Of a stretch of DNA of 64,000 nt, positions 1-13,912 are shown one piece after another. This DNA is from Felis catus. Taxonomy: Eukaryota. The DNA is taken from the NCBI RefSeq assembly GCF_018350175.1, contig NC_058369.1, positions 19,594,001 through 19,658,000 of the forward strand, given 5' to 3'. Position 1 is the first letter of the stretch. Each line of letters starts with the position of its first letter. A model generated the notes under the pieces. It saw only the letters and a program-made list of their open reading frames with translations. It was not told the origin of the DNA and did no database searches. The position numbers were made by a program, and so were the translations under genes.

Positions 1-306
1 GTGCAATGGCAACCAGGCAGGTCCAGAGAACTCCTTCTCACAGGGTCATTAAGGATTCCTGTGGGGGCACAAGTCTGGTCACCGCACCAGCCAGATGAGG
101 GGATGAGCTAACCCAGAGTGCCTAATGTGGGCAAGCCCTCTGGACTATTGGCAGGAGCAAGCTAAGCAGATGGAACTCCTTCTTTAATGACAGAGCTCAC
201 AGCCAAAGTGGGGTGACAGGGATAGGGGAGTCAGGGAAGGTCTTTGAGAAGGGCACACTCAGCTGAGGAGGAATACAAGAAGTTGGCTATAAGAAGAGCA
301 GGAGGA

Positions 307-518
307 GGGGCGCCTGGATGACTCGGTTGGTTAAACAACCAACTTTGGCTCAGGTCACAATCTCACAGTTTGTGAGTTCAAGCCCTGTGTTGGGCTCTGT
401 GCTGACAGCTGAGAGCCTGGAGCCTGCTTCAGATTCTGTGTCTCCCTCTCTCTCTGCCCCTCCCCCTCTTGTGCTCTGTCTGTCTCAAAAATAAACAAAA
501 AACAAATTAAAAAAAAAA
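307..518 (+). mobile_element. Can-SINE (tRNA-derived)
   Basis: GGGGCGCCTGG head, (CT)n tract, A tail; TSD aagagcaggagga at 294-306 and 517-529. Confidence 0.92.
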
Positions 519-3500
519 GAGCAGGAGGAAAGGCATCCCAAAAAGGGAGACTAGCAAGTGCAAAGGCCCTGGGGCTGAAAAGATCTTCAAGTATCTGAGG
601 AGGAAAAATTAGCATAATGTGCCTGGAGAGTACTATTCTAGGTCAGCCTTCCTTGTACAGAAGTGAGTGTGTGGGCAGCCTTATGGAACACCAGGAAATT
701 GGAATTTTGGAGGTGTCTTTCTCTAGGCTCTGCCAATGACCATCAGGAATAGGATCTGGCTCAGGACAGCTCAGACAGATGTGAATCAGCCCTCACCTTG
801 CCTTTGACTCTACAAATAGAATATGAGCTCCTGAGACAGAGTTAATATCTAATTGTTGGCAATCATTTGGATCCACTAAACTGTGGACATAAAGCTTGCT
901 GGTGTTGTTAACATCAGCAAAGTCAGTGCCCGTGTCTGTTTCTTTAAAGATAAGAAGCAGTAAGACGGCACTTAACTCTGGAGGCAGATTCTGTAGAGAT
1001 AGGGTGCTGCCCTCTGGGCCCAGGAGAGAGGAGCTCGCTTCCAATCAGTGAGCTCCTGTAACCGGGGTTCACTCTTATTAGAGTTATGTGACTGCTCAGG
1101 TGGCAGATCCTGGGGTGAGGGGTTTGCAGAGATTCTCAGCAACAGTTACACACCATAATCTCAACCAGGAGAAGAGAAGGCCCTCCTCTCTCCAGCTCCT
1201 GAGTCAATGCAGGCCTCCAGCCTGGGCTGGGAACACTGCCAAGGGATGAGGGGACCCCAAGGTATTCTTCTCAGGACAGGTACCCCATCTCCTATGCCTA
1301 ACCCTGGAAGATTTTCTTCTTTCTGTGGCTCTTGAAGTCAGGTGGGTTTTCTCAGCTAATTCTGTGGAATAAATCCTGCCCAAATGAAGCAGGGAGGGCT
1401 GCCTGGAGGAGGCAAAGATGCAGTGGGTGGGAGGAGGTTTAGAAGAAAGACAGGAGGCCAGGTTCTGTCCTCTGGGAGGAAGGAGGTCAGAGGTCAGCTG
1501 ACTCATGCAATGCCACACAGAAGGTTAGTAGTGGAGCTGTGGACAAAGGAAGGCTCCCTGGAGATGGCCATAAAGTTGGGGGTGGGGAGGAGGGCATCAG
1601 GATGAGGGGGACCTAGAAGAGCTTGTGGGTTTAGGGCTTCTGATGTTTTCTCCTCAGAGTCCTATTACCTGGAGGGCAAGTGGTGCCTCCTGGGGCCCTG
1701 TACTTTCTCAGCTCCATGTGTGCCCTCCTGGATCGGCCAAACCTAGCCACCCTCCAAGGATGGGAGTGGATCCAGGAACAGTGAAAGTCCATACACGTGT
1801 CGTTCAGACACAGCATTGGGAGCAGTTCTAGATAGGATCTGAGAAGGTCAGGGCTGGAAAGCGCCTTATTGTATTTCATTCCCATTTTATAAATGAGAAA
1901 GTTGAGGCTCATAAGCCAGCCTCTTAACTTAGACTGCCTGCTCCCACATGTGCAGCCTCCCTGTCCTCTGGTTTGCCAGCTTCCCTTCTCTGGCCTCAGA
2001 GTTCTCTCTCAGGTCCTCCTGGTGCCCACCTTCCTCTGCAGAGCTGTTTTCTCTTCTCGCTTGCTCTTAAATGGGACCTTGTCAGCAACTTGCCATGACT
2101 CTCATTTAGTCTTCATTTCCATAGGCCTTCACGTGAGAGGAGTATCAGTGCTCAGCACTGGGAGCAAGAGATAAGGGGCTCTGCTGGGGGCATGCAGAGA
2201 AGGGCAGGTGTGCAAGAAGGCTGGTCCTAGGCATGCTGGGAGGCAGCGGCCTAAGCCTGGAGGCCTGAAGGGTGGGGCTTCCCTATGCAGGGGGCTTCTT
2301 TGAGTCTGAGACCTCCAGCTCCTGGGCTGGCTGCTGATGTCCCTCTCTCTGCCACGCCCAGGACTGGGATTGCCGGAAGGCTGGACATATAAGGGATTTC
2401 CTGGTTGTGCCTTGAGGACAGAGAGGGCTGCAGCTGTGGAAATTTTGGAAGACATGCCTGTTTGATCTGGAGTCCTTGCTCTCCAGCTGAAGGCATGACT
2501 GCTCCCTGTAGCCTCCTTCAAGGTGGGAGCTCCAGAGAAGAGAAGCTGCCTCAGCCTGGCTGGCACCTACATTTACTACCAGCTCCTTGAGTGATACCAC
2601 TACTTAGCTTGGTTTGGGGCTCTTAGCCTCAGCTGGCCACGCCTAGTGCTCTCTCACTGGCCAATGGTTGCCAATGCCAAGGGCCACTATCATTCTCCCT
2701 TCTTGGGGTTCTCTCTCCATCTAGACAAGATGTGGGCCACATCCTTGACCTGGATGGAGGTGGGAGAGGGGAAAGCCTCCCCTCCTGCCCTCTTCCCCCA
2801 GAGTATCTTCCACAGCCTCCAGTCTTCTCCCCATGGATGTCACAGTGCTTGGTCCAGCACTGCCTATTCCAGGTTCTACAGTAGGCCAGCCCCTGGAAGA
2901 CTGGTCACTGCTCTTTCCTGGTATAGAGAAGGGGTTTTGGTGTCAGGAAACACCTGCAGCTCTGGGGCTGGCTGCTGCCTGTGATCTTGGACAAGGCTCT
3001 TCCCTGATTTGGAATCTTAGTTTCCTTGCCCATAAAGCAGCCACAAGGATGCTCACAGGGTTCTTGAGAGGATTCAATGTGAGAACATAAGAGAAAACAC
3101 CATAACCAGGGAGTCTGCTGCCCCAAGAGTTGAGATAGTCTAGCTCAACTGGAGGGAGTGGGGGGCTCTGGACTATTTCTAGTGTGGGGAGAGGAGAAGG
3201 GTCTGGAGGGAAGGTGGCATCTGCTCTGAGAAGAGGACCTGCTCTGAGGCATCTGCTCTGAGAAGGGAAGTTAGGAATCCAGAGGCTCCCATGCTTTGCC
3301 AAGGCCTCTGACACTGAGGGTGGTGTGCCATTTACTCCCAAGGATTTCTAAGAGTCAAAGCTTGGGGCTCAGGGAGCCAGGGGAAAATAGTGTTGGGAGC
3401 CAGCCTGAAAGAAGGAGAGAGTAGAGGGAGGGAGCAGGAGATGGATTTCTCTTCTCCAAAGGCTACACATGAAATTAAGTCTTCCCTCAGGCCTTGGGTG

Positions 3501-4109
3501 TTGCATTCTCCCACCTCCTGCCCACAGGACCAGTTGGCAGGGATGAGAGAGCTTCATACTGGTGAGGGCCAAGGATCACCTCCCAAGCACAAGACAAACC
3601 CTGAGGTTACCACCTGGTTCTAGGCCCAAGGAGGGAAAGCATTCATCCCCTTGCTCCAGTCCATTCCTGGCAGTCTTGGTCCAGCTCCCCAAGCACAGAT
3701 CCATACCTACTCCTGCTCTCTAAGGCCAGATTTCTGAGCCCAGAAGTTAAGACCTGGCCTTGATCTGATGAATGAAGCAGGTCAAATACATGCTATATGC
3801 TCCCAGGCCTGATTTATCTAACCTTTCAGAGCATGTCTGAGATGGAGCTATGGAAACTACACAAGGAGTAGCACTGGGTCTGTGATGGGCTCCAAGAACA
3901 GTCTGTAGGTTTGTCATTTGGCCACTGTTCTGGTCAAGCAAGTAGCTTCCAAAGTGTGTTTCTGCATTATAGTTTATATAAAGTGAAATCTTAAGTGTAA
4001 ATCTAAGTCATATTTTATTTTTAAAATATTTATTTATTGAAATATTTATATTTTAATAATATTTTAAAGACATACACATTTTTTTTCTATTTTTTTAAGA
4101 AGCTTACTT

Positions 4110-4326
4110 TTTTATTTTTTTATTTTTAATTTTAATTTTAATTTTAATTTTTTTAATATATGAAATTTATTGTCAAACTGGTTTCCATACAACGCCCAGT
4201 GCTCATCCCAAAAGGTGCCCTCCTCAATACCCATCACCCACCCTCCCCTCCCTCCCACCCCCCATCAACCCTCAGTTTGTTCTCAGTTTTTAACAGTCTC
4301 TTATGCTTTGGCTCTCTCCCACTCTA
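4110..4326 (-). mobile_element. Short 5'-truncated L1 3' end
   Basis: Reverse complement closely matches 50260-50425 of the full-length L1; T-rich tail. Confidence 0.88.
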
Positions 4327-4341
4327 GAGGTTTACTTTTTT

Positions 4342-4531
4342 AAATGTTTGTTTATTTTGAGGGGGAGGGGGGCAGGGAGGGGTAGAGAGAGAGGAAGAGA
4401 GAATCTCCAGCTGGCTCTTTGCTGTTGGCATGGAGCCTGAAGTGGGGCTCGATCTCACCAACTGTGAGATCATGACCTGAGCTGAAATCAAGAGTTGGAT
4501 GCTTAACCTGATGAGCCACCCACACACCCCC
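4342..4531 (-). mobile_element. Can-SINE
   Basis: Antisense SINE body with gagatcatgacctgagc motif. Confidence 0.85.
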
Positions 4532-4559
4532 AAGAGGTTTAACTTTTTAAAAATAATTT

Positions 4560-5289
4560 TTAAACATTTGAATATAGTTTTGTGACGTACAATGTCACAT
4601 TAGTTTCAGACGTACAACATAGTTATTCACCTCTGGTATACGTTATGCTATGCTCACCACTAGCATAGTTACACTATGTCACCAGACATGCTAGTATGGT
4701 ACCATCGACTATATTCTCTGTGATGTGACTTTTATTCTCATGACTTACTCATTCCATAACTGGAAGCCTGTATCTCCCACTCCCCTTCACCCATTTTGCC
4801 TGCCCCGTACCCTCTTCCTTCTGGCAACCATCAGTTTGTTTTCTGTATTTGTGGGTCTGAGCCTGCTAACTTAGATTATTTTAAACTAATGCATATACTC
4901 ATGTAACCAGGGTTCTAGTCAGAATATAGAACATTTCCATCACTTCAGAAAGTGCCTAATAGTCCCCCATCACAGATGCTGATCTGATTTCTATCACCAT
5001 AGGTAAGTTTTGCCTATTCTAGAAGTTCATTTAAGTGGGATTACACAAGTATGCGAGCATGTAGTTTTTCGTGTCTGGCATCTTCTGCTTCTTTTCAAGA
5101 TTTATCTGTGTTGTTGCATTAGTAGTTCTTTGCTTTTTATTGTTGAGTAATATCCCTTTTATGAATATACCACAATTTGATGGTTATTGGGCTGTTCCAG
5201 TTTTTGGTTATTATGAAAAAAAGCTGCTATGAACATTCATATATACATCTTTATATGGACATCTGCTTTCATTTCTTTTGGGTAGATAT

Positions 5290-5321
<32 letters not shown>

Positions 5322-7230
5322 ATGTTTATTTATTTGTGAGAGAGAGACAGAGAGCGAGCAGGGGAGGGGCAGAGAGAGAGGGAGACACAAAATCTGAAGC
5401 AGGCTCCAGGCTCTGAGCTGTCAGCACAGAGCCATACGCGGGGCTCAAACACCATGAACCGTGAGATCATAACCTGAGTCGAAGTCAGGCATTTAACCAA
5501 CTGGGCCACCCAGGCACTTCAGTTTTGGGTAAATATTTAGGACTGAAATGGCTAGTAAATAACTAGAAGTGAAATTTCTCGGCATACATTAAGTATATAT
5601 TTAACTTTTCAAGAAATGCCAGATTTCAAAAGTGGTTGTGTCCTTTTATGTTCCCCTGGCAATTTATGAGACTTCTGATGGCTCCACAACCTCATCAACA
5701 TTTGGTGGTATCAGTCCTTTTTATTGTAGCTATTCTGATGGATGCATAGTATTTCATTGTGGTTTTTCGTTGTTTGCCTTTCTCTAATGATGATGTTTTC
5801 ATGTGATTATTGGCCAATTGTAAATCTGTTCAAGTATTTACCCTATTCTCAAACACTGGGTTGTTTGCCTTTTTATTATTGAGTTACAGTAGTTTTTTTA
5901 TATATTCTGGATACACATTCATTGTCATATATAGATGTTGGAAGTGTTTTGGCTTATCTAATCCTGGCTTAGCTACTCATTTTCCTTTTTAAAAAATGTT
6001 TATTTATTTTTGAGGGGGGTGCAGAGGGCAAGGGAGACACAGAATTGGGAGCAGGCTCCAGTCTCTGAGCTGCCAGCACAGAGCCCAACGCAGGGCTCGA
6101 ACACATGAACCATGAGATCATGAACTGAGCCAAAGTTGGATGCTTAACTGACTGAGCCACCCAGGCACCCCTATCTACTCATTTTTTTAATGGGTGCTTA
6201 AAAATTTAAAAAAAAAATATTTATATATTTTTTCAGATATAGAGAGACAGAGTGCGAGAGGGGGAGGGGCAGAGAGAAAGGGAGACACAGAATCCGAAGT
6301 AGGCTCCGGACTCTGAGCTGTCAGCACAGAGCCAGATGTGAGCTCGAACTTGCAGACCATGGGATCATGACCTGAGCTGAAGTTGGTTACTTAACTGACT
6401 GAGCCACCCAGGCACCCCAATGGGTGCTTTTGATGAGTGGGAACTTTTAGTTCTTTTGAAGTTCAAGATATCATTTTTTTCTTTTATGATTAGTGCTTTT
6501 TATGTCCTAAGAAATCTTCACTTACTCCAAGGTCATGAACATCCTTTTATGTTTTTCTCCCCCCCTTAATCTGTATAATTTTAGCTTTTACATTTGGGGC
6601 CATGATCCACCTGTTATTGATTTTTGAATGTGGTAGGAGCTTAGAGTTGAGGTTTATATTTTTCTTGAAGAAAAATAAGCATTTCTTTCCCTGTCAAATT
6701 GCTATGGCACTCATCAAAAGCCACTTGACTATATATGTGTGGGTGTAGTTCTGGACTCAAATATCTTCTGTCCATCACCTGATTGTCTACATATCTGCCA
6801 ATACCATATTGTCTTGATTACATTCAATCCATGAACATGGCATATCTTTCTATTTAGGTCTTTTACATTTTTTTTCTCAGCAATATTTTATAGTCTTGCA
6901 CATCTTGCATTACATTAACTGCTAGTATTTTCAGTTTTTGGATGTTATTATAAGTAGAATTAAAAAATTTTTTAAATTTCCCAATAGTTGGTTACTAGTT
7001 TATGAAAACACAATTGATTTTTTATGTATTAATGTTATATTCTGTGGCATTGCTAAATTTACATATTAGCTCTAGTAGGTTTCTACTTTTACAATAATGT
7101 TATCTGTGAATAAAGACAGCTTTACTTATTCCTTTCCAATCTTTATGCCTTTATATTTCTTGCCTGTACACTGTCTGGGACTTCTAATACAATGTAGAAT
7201 AGCAGTAGCGAGAACAGAGTAGAGGCTTTG
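4560..7230 (-). mobile_element. Old L1 fragments (L1M/carnivore type) interrupted by three Can-SINEs (~5288-5517, 5990-6170, 6200-6418)
   Basis: Degenerate antisense L1 ORF2/3'UTR text; SINE TSDs such as aatgggtgctt at 6189 and 6419. Confidence 0.75.
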
Positions 7231-7239
7231 TTTCTCTGG

Positions 7240-8040
7240 AGGCCATTCTTTTGACTGGAGGAATGACATGCTGTGATTTACACTTAAAAAAAAATCCTCT
7301 GGCTGCCTGAGAAGAATTGTAGGAGCAAAGTGAAAGCAGGGAGACCAACAAAAGGCTGTAGAATTCTGAGTGAGAAAGGGTGTGGTTTGGTCTGCGATGG
7401 GAGATCTGAGATATATTTGGAGTTAGAGTCATTGGACGTGAGACCACTCAATGGATGTGGGGGAAGGAAAGGGGCACCAAGAATGACAGCTAGCATTATT
7501 GTGAGATGTTGGGGTGATGGATCTGCTGCCTCTTGAGAGGAGGAGACATTGGGTGTGCAGCTTTGGCCACTGTCATTTCAAGGTACTATTAAGACATCCA
7601 AGGTGTCAGGAGGTCTGCCCAAGTAATGGAGCTAGGGGGCACAGCTTTTGGGAGACATTAGACTTAGATTGGATCCAAAGCCACAAGACCAGACAAGAAA
7701 GGGGAGATTGTGGAGGAGGATGAAAAGGAGACAATCTTGGGGCAGAGGCCCAGGAAACTTGAAAGAGCTGGGAAAGCAGTAAGGTAGGAGGAAAACCAAG
7801 AGTAAGGTTTTTGGAACCTTTTGCTTCTCTTGAAGCAAGTGTTCCAAGAAAGGGATGGTTACTGTGTTGGATGCTCCTAAGCAGGAAAAGTGGGACAAGG
7901 ACAGAGAGAGAACATCACAGTTTCCACCACGGACATCTTTGGTGGCCTTCACCTGGGCACCTCAGTGGGGTGATACAGCTTGAAGCCCAGCTGGAGAGAT
8001 GGGGGCTGTAGATAGGGGAAAAGGAGGCAGTGAGTGCAGT
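7240..8040. mobile_element. L2 remnant
   Basis: Purine-rich degenerate sequence typical of L2 (gaaagcagggagacca, agacatccaag). Confidence 0.55.
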
Positions 8041-11000
8041 GAAGGGGGGTGGCAGCCTTGTCCAAGCAGTCAGTAAGGAGGATTGCAGGGCTCTAGGTGT
8101 CTGCTAAGAGACCAAAGGCTCCCTGGCCAGGGGGAAAAAGAAAAATCGGCTCTGTGCTCTGGAAGTCAGGGGCCGGGCCAGCCAGTGTAGATGAGTAGAC
8201 AAGACACACTGGGGAGGGAAGAGAGGATGAAGCATAGGAATCTATGCTCAGTGCTGTCCCTGGCTCTCTGTCATGAAAACCCAGCTTCAAGAACTCCTCC
8301 ATGCTCATCACCAGGAGGGATGAGCTCTAAGGAGCGTGGAAAGTGGACCCTGGGGTGCAGGGCAGCAGTGTGGCCCAGTTCCATGTGCCGCATCTGTGTT
8401 TTGTTTTCTGAGAAAGCTGCACTGCTTTGTACAGGTAAGTTTGTCCTGAGAGCAACATATACTCTTTGGGGAATTGCAGAAAAGAGGGAAAGGTTTACTT
8501 CTGGGTATATTTTACTCTGGTTTGTTTCTACATGCAGTTGTTCTTGCATAATTATAACTATGCTATGAACAGAATTTGGGGCCTGATTATTTTTCACTGA
8601 ATGTTACGTAATAGATATTCTCCACGTGGATATATGGCTTTCATTGTTGTTAATGGTTGCATAAAACTGCAAGGGGGTAATGCCCCATGTTCAGTAAATT
8701 CATGCCCTACTTGTGGTCATTTGGGTTGCTTCCAATATACAGACAGTATTGCAGTGAATATCTATGTGGATGAAGCTTTTCCTTGATCCATTTTCACAGA
8801 ATTAATATTTGTGGGTTTGTGATACTCACTTGCCTTATCGGGGGGTCAACTAGAGCCACCCGAGTGAGAAATACTACATGAGGCAGACTGCTCTCACATA
8901 CCTGACTGCCTGCGCACTATCATTTAATTTTTTTTTCTTGTTATTTGATGGACCAAAGAAGGGGCCTTGTAGCTTCAATCTGTCTTTCTTTGATGGTTAG
9001 AGAGGATGCTCATTTTTCCATTTGTTCATTTACTCAATTTCCATTTGTTCTATTTTCCCTCATTGGGAGAGGAGATCCTATCAAAGTGACCTAGTGTGGC
9101 TTTCCCAGTGGCTCAACAGGCCCTGCCAGGGCTTTCCTCACCCACTGTAGTGATGTAAGGTCAAAATTTTGTAGACACAAAGTTTTGTGTCTGTCTGTTT
9201 AGACTGTCTCCCCCTCACTCACCAGCCAGTTTTTGTGGTCACATTCTTTCTCCTGAAGGCCTCATGAGGCCCTGGCTGCCCAGTTTTCAGTGCCAATTCT
9301 CCAGGTTAGACCCACATCCTAATATCAGGGAACCGCGGAATAGTCACTGCAGCCTTTCAGCCTGTCCTGTATTTTCTCCTCTAAGCCATCCTCAACTCTG
9401 CCCCCAGCCACTTCCCCTGGATCTGGCAGAGCCTTTGGGCAACATGCCTTGACCGACTGACCAATCTAGTCTCTACTGACTGCTAGGAATTCTCTGTCAT
9501 CTGCCTCCATCCACCTGCCACCTCTCCCAAGGAAATCTCAGACTCTGGTCACACTGGCTTCGTTGCTGCTTCCCCCACATCTTTACTACTGCTTCTCTCT
9601 CTGCCTTAGTTCATAAGATCTCCAGCAAGAGTGCCTCTTAACTCCTGAGCCATGTTCAACTAGACTCATCCTTGAAGACCTTGCCTCCTTAGTCAAGTCT
9701 TCCTGGATTTTTCCAGTCTACTTGGTCTCCCTGCCTTTGAACATCTGTAGCACTTGTAATCTACATGGGCTCTCTGTAGATTACAATAAGTAGTCCCCTT
9801 TCCCCCATCCCACTTCTGAAGGAGTTGAGAAATAAAACCCAGATGGAGGGTAAAGCATCACCTTCTTCATTGATGAAAGCTGGTGGAAGGGGGCAGGAAG
9901 CAGCTTACTGTGAGACCAGTTGGACCTGTGAACTGAGCCCAAGATTCAGCCAACCTCCTCCCTCCTCCCATCCCTCTAGCATCACTGCTTTGGCGAGTGA
10001 GGCCCAGGGATCACAGCCAGTGGAGACCAGCATCAGGAAAGGAGCATCAGGAACGAGAAATCCACCCCTTTCCCCACAGTCCATACCTCAGGGAGAAGTA
10101 CTAAATTCTGTCTTGAATTATTATTTAGTCACTTTCTGTGGGTCTGGTTGCTTCTACTCCACTGTGAGCTCCTTAAGGCGAAGTGTGCACAGCTTCTGAT
10201 CCTCACAGTGCCTTCAAGTGTAAAGAGAACTGGCTCTCAGAAAGCCCCTCCTTCTTCATGCACACCCACCCCTGTGAGGTCTGCAGTTCTGTTCTGAGGG
10301 CTTCATTTCTCCATTGATGCTAGCGTGAGTAGATGGAAGTCCTATAGGTGTAGGCAGGGATGTAACCACTGCCATTCACTCAGGCTGCCTTTCCTCAGAG
10401 CAGGCTTCCATGAGGGTGCAGGGTGTGGGGACACAATTACTCCCGGTGCCCTTGTACTAGGAGTGAGAAGAGAAATAAGTAAGCAGTTGGGGTGCTACAT
10501 ACATGCTTTGCTCAACCCAAAATTGTGCTAAGAGCCTACTTTGGGCCTTTACCAGACTGATGAATGATTGGATCATCCAAGGCCTAGGGGATTAATTATT
10601 TTCGGCTGGGCAGGGGATTCCATGGACAGAGCCAGGTCACAAACTCCACTGCTCTGCTGGCTGCTGCTTTCTAGAGGAATCTGAGCCCTCACACAATTTG
10701 GAGCCCACCTGGTAATGCCTGGATCCCAGAGCTGTGGGTGCACACACATCATTGCACCACGTAGAGTTAGAAAAAGATTTCTCTAAAAATAACCACCGAG
10801 GAATATTTAATTTGATAGAAAGACTGTGACTAATGCATGAAACAGAGAGAGTCTGTGTGACAAGACACAGTACAATAATGGGGAAAAATTCATGTTTGAC
10901 CTTTAAACCAGTGCAAAATGAAATCGATCTAAGCCTTGGCAGCTGAAGACCCTGTGGCTCTAGGGAAACTGGCTATGAGCAGGGTATGGGATGATCATGG

Positions 11001-11269
11001 AGGAAAAGTGAAGGGAATATGTGGCTTTTAAAGGTATTGCATCATGGAAATAGATCAGGGAAATCAATACCTTTTGGTGTTAGATAGAGAGAAGGTGGTG
11101 CTGAGCTAAGTGCTGGCTGGTGAGAGGCGGACGCGGGAGGCCAGCCCAGCTGGATGGGGGTGACTGAATCACCGGCTGGCTCTAAGGAGAAGCAGATTCC
11201 ACAAAGGCAAGGAGACCCAGTGTTTCTGGGCAGCAATTGGAGCTGATGGGGCGGGGAGTGAGGTTCCAA

Positions 11270-11480
11270 TGTTGAGCAAACACTTGCCCTGTGCTAGACT
11301 CTGTGTTGAGAGCTTCATAGGCATTATCCTCCTAATCATCCTGACACATAAGCTGTTATTATTCCCATTTGACAGAGGAAGAAACTGGGGTCAGAGAGAT
11401 GACGCTACTTGCCTGGGATTGCCCAGTTGGGAAATGTCTGGAGCTGGATGTGAACGCAGAGCCTTCAAGTTCTATTTGCT
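11270..11480 (-). mobile_element. MIR
   Basis: cccatttgacagaggaagaaactggggtcagaga core. Confidence 0.7.
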
Positions 11481-12479
11481 GCTACTAGGTCATTTAAACT
11501 TGAAAAAGCCCAAGAATGACAGGTTGGGTTTGGGGCAGGCTGAGTGTGTTGTGGTTTCAGTAGGGCCACATGGTGACGAGTTCTCATGGAAAATTGCCAT
11601 GGATCCTGGCATGGCAGGTTTCTGGGTTGTGATCATTATCCTTATCTTTCCATAATTCATGACTGCATTTTATAAACTCTGATCCATCAACCTCATTGCT
11701 AACTGGAGAAGAAAATAGTCTCCATTTCTTAGAGTTGCTCTTCCTCAGTGGCAACAGAGTGAGTGCTGGTCCTACAGGTCAGGGTCCTGCATGTTCCAAG
11801 TACACATCCAAGGTGTATTCTCTGGAGACAGTTCCTCAAACATTTTTTTTTTTTCATCCTCTACTATATACATGTTCCTGGAGGAAGAGATTAGCAATGG
11901 TCCCTGATTAGATTTAGGGCCAGTTGTTTCTTGGGATGCTTGGTGATATTCTTTCTCTAAAAAACTTTAGCATGGGCAGGGCTGGGGGTGACGAGCAAGG
12001 TGTTGAGATCAAAGTTGAAGAAGGGGGGCAGAGACCCTCCTGGACTTTGGACGGTTGGCTCTGACAGGAGGCAAGTTGCTTTTCCTCTCTGAGCCTAGAC
12101 CTGAGGGCTGAAGCTAGGTTTGGTTGTGCCATCGTGAGAATCAAGGAAGGATTGGCTTGACCAGGAGAGAAGGAAGCCCAGCGTGGTCCTGGGTGAAGAG
12201 TAGTTCTCCATAGCCTCTGTTGGGTGATCCAAGAATTGGGGAGTGTGCCTTTGAGCCCAGTACTTAAGGGGATGGGTCTTTGCCTTGGTTGTTCTCCCAA
12301 TAAGACCAGGATCTCCTTGAGGAGCCTGATCTTAGGGCTTGGTCTTACTCTTGTCTCTCATCTCTGCTTCTGATCCAAGGCCTGGTAATTGTTGGTACCC
12401 CAATATCATGGGACCCAGCAAGGCCCCAGAACCTGGCCTGCTTCCCACACCAGCCACATCTCTCCCCATTCTCCTCTTG

Positions 12480-12890
12480 CTTGCACTTATCACATCCTGG
12501 TCCCATTTGCCTTTTCATTCCTCAGATACATCAAGTTCCTTCTTCACCAGACCTCCCTCCCTAAATGCTGCTCCCTCTGCCTAGAACACTTTCCTTCTTT
12601 ACTTGGCTGATTTGTCTGCATTGTCAGTTTCCAGTTTAAACACCACTTCCTCCAGGAAGTCTTCCCTGATTTACCAAACTAGGTCAGGCCCCTTGGCAGA
12701 TGCTCCCTTTGTACACTGTACTCTTCTGTCCTAGTACTTATGTCTCTAATTAGAGATTCACTTGTGTGAATAATTGATTCAATTCTTCTACTCCCCAACA
12801 AGATGGCAAACTCTGTAATGGAAAAACTATCAACAACCTCTGTTCTGGGCCTGGTCCATAACAGGTATTCAATAAATATTTGGTGAGTGA
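12480..12890 (+). mobile_element. L2 3' end
   Basis: ccctctgcctagaacac...ttcctccaggaagtcttccctga...caataaatatttg. Confidence 0.7.
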
Positions 12891-13864
12891 TTAAGATTTT
12901 CCACACCTCAAGGTGAAAAGTATAAGGAACTGGTGGGAATGAAGGTTCCCTTTCTAGCTCTGGCCACATAGCAATTCAGAGATAAAGTAGGTGGTGCTAC
13001 ACCAAACAGGCTTTGTTTTGCACTTAACTCAAGTGAATTAGTGAAGACATTGCAATTGGTTGCTTTTTATGTGTAGAGAAATTACCTCTGTCCTGATTTG
13101 CAATATCTATGCTATTTTGGGCTGTTTTTCTCTTTTGGGCCTATTTGTATTGGAGCAATAATTTCACCATTTGGCTACGCAGAGGCCCAATTAATATTAC
13201 AAATATGGTCCCATAAAATTCACTTCTTGACATTAGAACGTTTTGTTGCTAATTACTCTCCAAGGTTTTTAATTTCAATTCCTCCTTGGTGACTGAGTGC
13301 AGAAATTCAAGGGCACAGTTATTTCCCCCGAAGGGAAAGGAGAACTAAGTAATGCCAAGTTTCTATCTACTTGCCCTTCCTTCCTGTGGGGTATTTGTTT
13401 TTCATGCCTTCTCCTCCCTTTTTCCTGGCCAGAAACAAACAACAAACAAACAAAACCCATTTTGGAACAATGATATACATTTCTGGGAAAATAAAAACAC
13501 TCATTTGCTAATGTATTCATTCAAGCAATATTTACTGAGCACCTACTGTGTGTCAAATCCTGTGTGCTAGGCACTAAGAACACCAAAAATAATATAGCAT
13601 GGCACTGTCTTGGGGTAGCTCAAAGTCTTGAGTGGGCAGGGAGTCCTGAAGAGCCTGTGACATATCTGGGGGTACTTCTCATGGTAGAGCTTGATAGACA
13701 CAGCCCATCCACGAGCACCACATCAGTCCCAGTGGTTGAAATCAGGGAGGTTTTGGGCATTTTTCATTTGAAAATCTTGGTTAATCACAGGGAATCTGCA
13801 TTTTAATAATATTTTGAATGGGTTGATAAAATAGGAACAGATGGTTAAAGTTTGTCATTTTAGG

Positions 13865-13912
13865 GAAAATAATGAAAATAATGAAAATAATGAAAATAAT
13901 GAAATAATGAAA
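13865..13912. repeat. (GAAAATAAT)n, about 5 copies
   Basis: Seen directly. Confidence 0.9.

Noticed and set aside
307..400. tRNA-like sequence at SINE heads
   Set aside because: tRNA-derived SINE promoters, not functional tRNA genes.
3215..3265. Short direct duplications here and at ~15667, ~28662 and ~53398
   Set aside because: Ordinary 14-20 bp local slippage duplications; two copies only, no array or CRISPR-like structure.
1..3950. Possible exons of the upstream neighbour (MAPKAPK3 in human synteny)
   Set aside because: No kinase-like peptide in any frame of the ORF track.
8432..8441. Consensus donor CAG|GTAAGT
   Set aside because: No convincing acceptor or recognisable reading frame; adjacent to an old L1-like remnant.
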